DNA of 64,000 nt from Carpediemonas membranifera BICM (lineage: Eukaryota; Protista; Fornicata), in the NCBI GenBank assembly GCA_019828565.1, contig JAHDYR010000031.1:102046-166045 (forward strand). Reading direction: 5' to 3'. This document shows, one piece after another, positions 60,871 to 64,000 of the stretch; the stretch's first letter is position 1, and each line of letters opens with the position of its first letter. The notes beneath the pieces are model-generated. The model had not been told where the DNA came from. It saw only the letters and a program-made list of their open reading frames with translations, and did not search any database. The translations under genes were made by a program, and so were the position numbers.

Positions 60871-63800
60871 GCCGGGATTTTGACCCAAAAGATCGATCCA
60901 GTCTCTCGTCCGGCATGTACGTTTTATAGCAAGTCTGAGGAGGGGCAAAGGTGACACATGTCGCGTTCAGCCCAACGAGCGGCCCGGAGAGCGCCCACGC
61001 GTCTTTTTGCCCAACAGTGTCGCTTGAGTGGAAATCGAGTATGCGGTCCCGAAGTGACAAAGAGGGACACGCCACTCTGCTGCGAGTTCCTCGGGCTGAA
61101 ACGAGGAGGAGGAGATGGTCGAGTGAAGAAGTAAAGAGTAAAAGGATTGATATACCGACCGTATCGCTTATGTTTATGTGACTTTGAGGAGTTGATTCGC
61201 GGTTTGTAGGGGTATGGTGCTATATTACTACTCAGCCTGCTGTATATGTCTAGTCCTGCAAAGCCTGTAATGCAGCTGTCTGTGTAGTAAATATCGTCGG
61301 CTGTGGCCAGGAAAGGCATAAACTGCACACTTGCGGCATTCCGAGATTACAATGACGAAATCGTATACTGCGCGGCAGTGCGTTTAATGAAAGCAATGTA
61401 TCAACGCCGAGACGCGTGTAGTTTTCCGGAGCCATGTAGTTGTTTGCGCTCGCCATCTATTGCCACGAAACTGGTGCTGTACTCTAGAATCACTAACAAC
61501 ATCAATATCGAGGCTAGAAGGCGATGTAAGAGCCTCATTGGACGTATTATCTTGATTTATCCTCCAGAGAGCGTCGACTCCGGGTTCCCGGCACTTCCAG
61601 AAAGATTGTTGCCTGAATTTCGGTTGTACGGCCCCGCCCGGAAGGTTATCACTCATCTTTACGCCCACACCAAACCCGAGTTTGGCCCTGCGGCTCACGC
61701 GCAGCGTATCGGTCCGGCCGGAACGGTGACAGGCACCAGATCACCCAGTCCGCCGGCCGAGGCAAGCGGCAGGTTGGCATGGTCGCCGGTCTGCGGGACA
61801 CTCTCAGGCAGGCGATGGGAACAAACAATGGTTCGCTTTCCCGGAGACTTTTCAGCTGCCCAGGGCGTGGAATCACATCGTGATCCAGCGGCGGCTGAGC
61901 AGCGGCTCGCCAGTCTATAAAGGCGCCGGTATTCACGAAGGCCTCCAAATCGCGGTGTTGCTTGCTGTTGCGCTCACGCCCGCACCCATTACGGCAAGGC
62001 GATCGCTTTCAGTAAAGTCGGGAAGACACGCGGTATCGAAATCGTCTAAATTCGGTGTATGCTTAACCCTGACCATGTGCATGAGCTTGGCTGGTGGCAG
62101 GAGTCTGACCTCGCCGAACGCGCAAGTCGCTTCTTCCTCAAATTGCAGATGGCGGCGTTGAGTTCATGCCAGAGCAACATGCTCTGCACGTTATGCTGGA
62201 TCAAGCCTTGCCGCCCGGCCAGTCAGCTTCAGAAGCCTCAGTGGCTATCGTACCCGCTACTACGGCGAGACTGCGCGAAGCAGAGCCAGCGAAAACACCG
62301 GACCGCTCAGCTCAGATAAGCGATGGAATTGATCTTAAGCTCGTGTGAGCAAAAGCCTGTTCAGAGCAGCAGTTGTCACACTTGTCCTCAGGTTCATCGA
62401 GGCGTCGAGGGATCAATGAAATTGTCAGGAAGCCGATTTTCAGGAAAATTCTGAGTCACTTTGGTGACATCAGATGTGGGCGCCAAAAGCACGAGGATCA
62501 GTGGCCGTCGACCCAGTAAGAAGAGACTGCTGGGCACTGGGAATCATGCAGTTGTTGGGATCTCCAGGGCAGGAGGTTAGGAAAGAGGCATCCTGAGCAT
62601 GGGTGATCTCCTCCTTGCACTCCCAACCTCAGCAAGCCATCTTCTCCAGACAGAGGGAGTACGAGGCCGTAAGGGCACGTCCCGCACGCCAGTGCTGCCG
62701 CCATACTCGATCAAGTACTTTCGAACTTGGCAATAGCGTCTTAGTAAAGAATGGCGGAAGGGCGGCTGCTTCTGGTCACGCGCCGCACATTAACGTAAGC
62801 CGTCAGGCCGGCGATTGCCAAAAGCGGCACCATCGATTGGAAGTCTGCTTGCGCAGCCCGGGCGGCGCCAGCCGAGATCAGCAAAGTTGTTAGGCAGCAG
62901 GCAGCGCAACGTCACATGGAAGTCAATGACTGCACCAGGATTCGGAGCTCCAGGGATGCGATCGCACCGCAGTATATACCAATAGCTGCGTCGTTGAGAT
63001 GCTCGGTAGTAGATACCATCCGCCCACTGTCAGCCCATAAGCGCATGCTGAAGCTTGAAGTCTGTAACAACATTTGAGAGAGCCATTCTTGCCACTTTCA
63101 AGCTGCATTGGTGCCACAAGGCAGAACAAAGATACTTCTTCCATCACCAAGGCACGAAAGCAAATGACTCAGAATCATCAGAGGTGTCATTGCTGGTATT
63201 CCTCCATACCCGCTAATCCTGATAGCTATCGCGATGGTAGGAACTAATTTCTCATTCAGTTCAGTCACGCCCACGCTTACAAAATTTGGGTAATAAACGT
63301 TATTTAGCAAACAAGATGCAAGTGGCTGTGGAGCAACGCCAGTCCTGGGATCGCTCGCACGTATTTCCACCCATTCCATAGTTTTGCATTGCTGGAAGGT
63401 TTCAGAATGGCGAACCGAAAGAGACGAAGAGATGGAAGGGTCAGCGGTCATGCATGCATTGATTCCCATTGCTTTGCTTGTTGAGCTGAAACATCGCACT
63501 GAAGGCGTTGTTGATGTTCGAAGCACCCAAATCAATTCAAAGAACGTCGTCAGAGATGCTGACAGAGGCGCAGCAAAGCCTCGCGAGAGCACAAAGCGAT
63601 ATTTGTGGTAGCAACACTGAAAGAGGAGCAGTACCACAGAGAAGCTTATGAGGATCCATGTCTACAAGGCGCTTCCCCGTCCAAAGGAGCTGCACTTAAA
63701 GAAGTAGATGATTCCCTCCTCAGGGAGGGACAGGCATCAGCCGAAAGGGTATGCGACAAAGGCTGGCGAAGCATCAGGAGTGAGGTGGCGAGGGCAGCCG

Positions 63801-64000
63801 GCGAGCAAAGGAACCGAAGCGTGGAAGGATCTCACCCGCCAGGGAACATTCGAGTATTACGCGTGCTCAGGAGGAGCGCTGGTATGGCGGCATTATCGCG
63901 CGCCGAAGTATCAAGTGCTATGACGACGCTTACTATCGACTCCAGTCGCTACATGGATAGACACCGCCTGGAACTCATGCCTAGAGAACAATGACGTCTG

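Noticed and set aside
40805-64000. Polinton or endogenous virus interpretation
   Set aside because: No recognisable polB, packaging ATPase, capsid or retroviral-type integrase.
61510-64000. Short ORFs right of block X
   Set aside because: Fragmented with no recognisable motifs; left unannotated.

Overview
Gene-dense eukaryotic DNA with very short intergenic regions, typical of a compact protist genome. It resembles a metamonad such as Carpediemonas, but that is an inference only. There are three zones. (1) 1-25.2 kb holds apparently intronless host genes (importin-alpha-like, VPS26C, NAT10/Kre33, Ulp1 SUMO protease, class IV aminotransferase, a CBM48-nucleotidyltransferase fusion and others). 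They are interrupted at about 11.65-13.0 kb by a Fanzor1/TnpB-like ORF bracketed by two related omegaRNA-like scaffolds. (2) 25.3-40.8 kb is a same-orientation array of four divergent tyrosine-recombinase (PAT/DIRS-type) retrotransposons (gag, RT-RNaseH-MT, YR; split direct repeats are clear in elements 2 and 3), packed on both sides of one tRNA-Pro(AGG) gene. (3) 40.8-64 kb is a mosaic of related, partly decayed copies of what looks like a large DNA element. It is built around a RAG1/Transib/Chapaev-like DDE transposase and associated with PHD/Zn-finger, SET, OTU, caspase-like, kinase and degenerate YR genes, short introns, palindromes and shared end-like blocks. All family calls come from motif recognition by eye; no searches were run.
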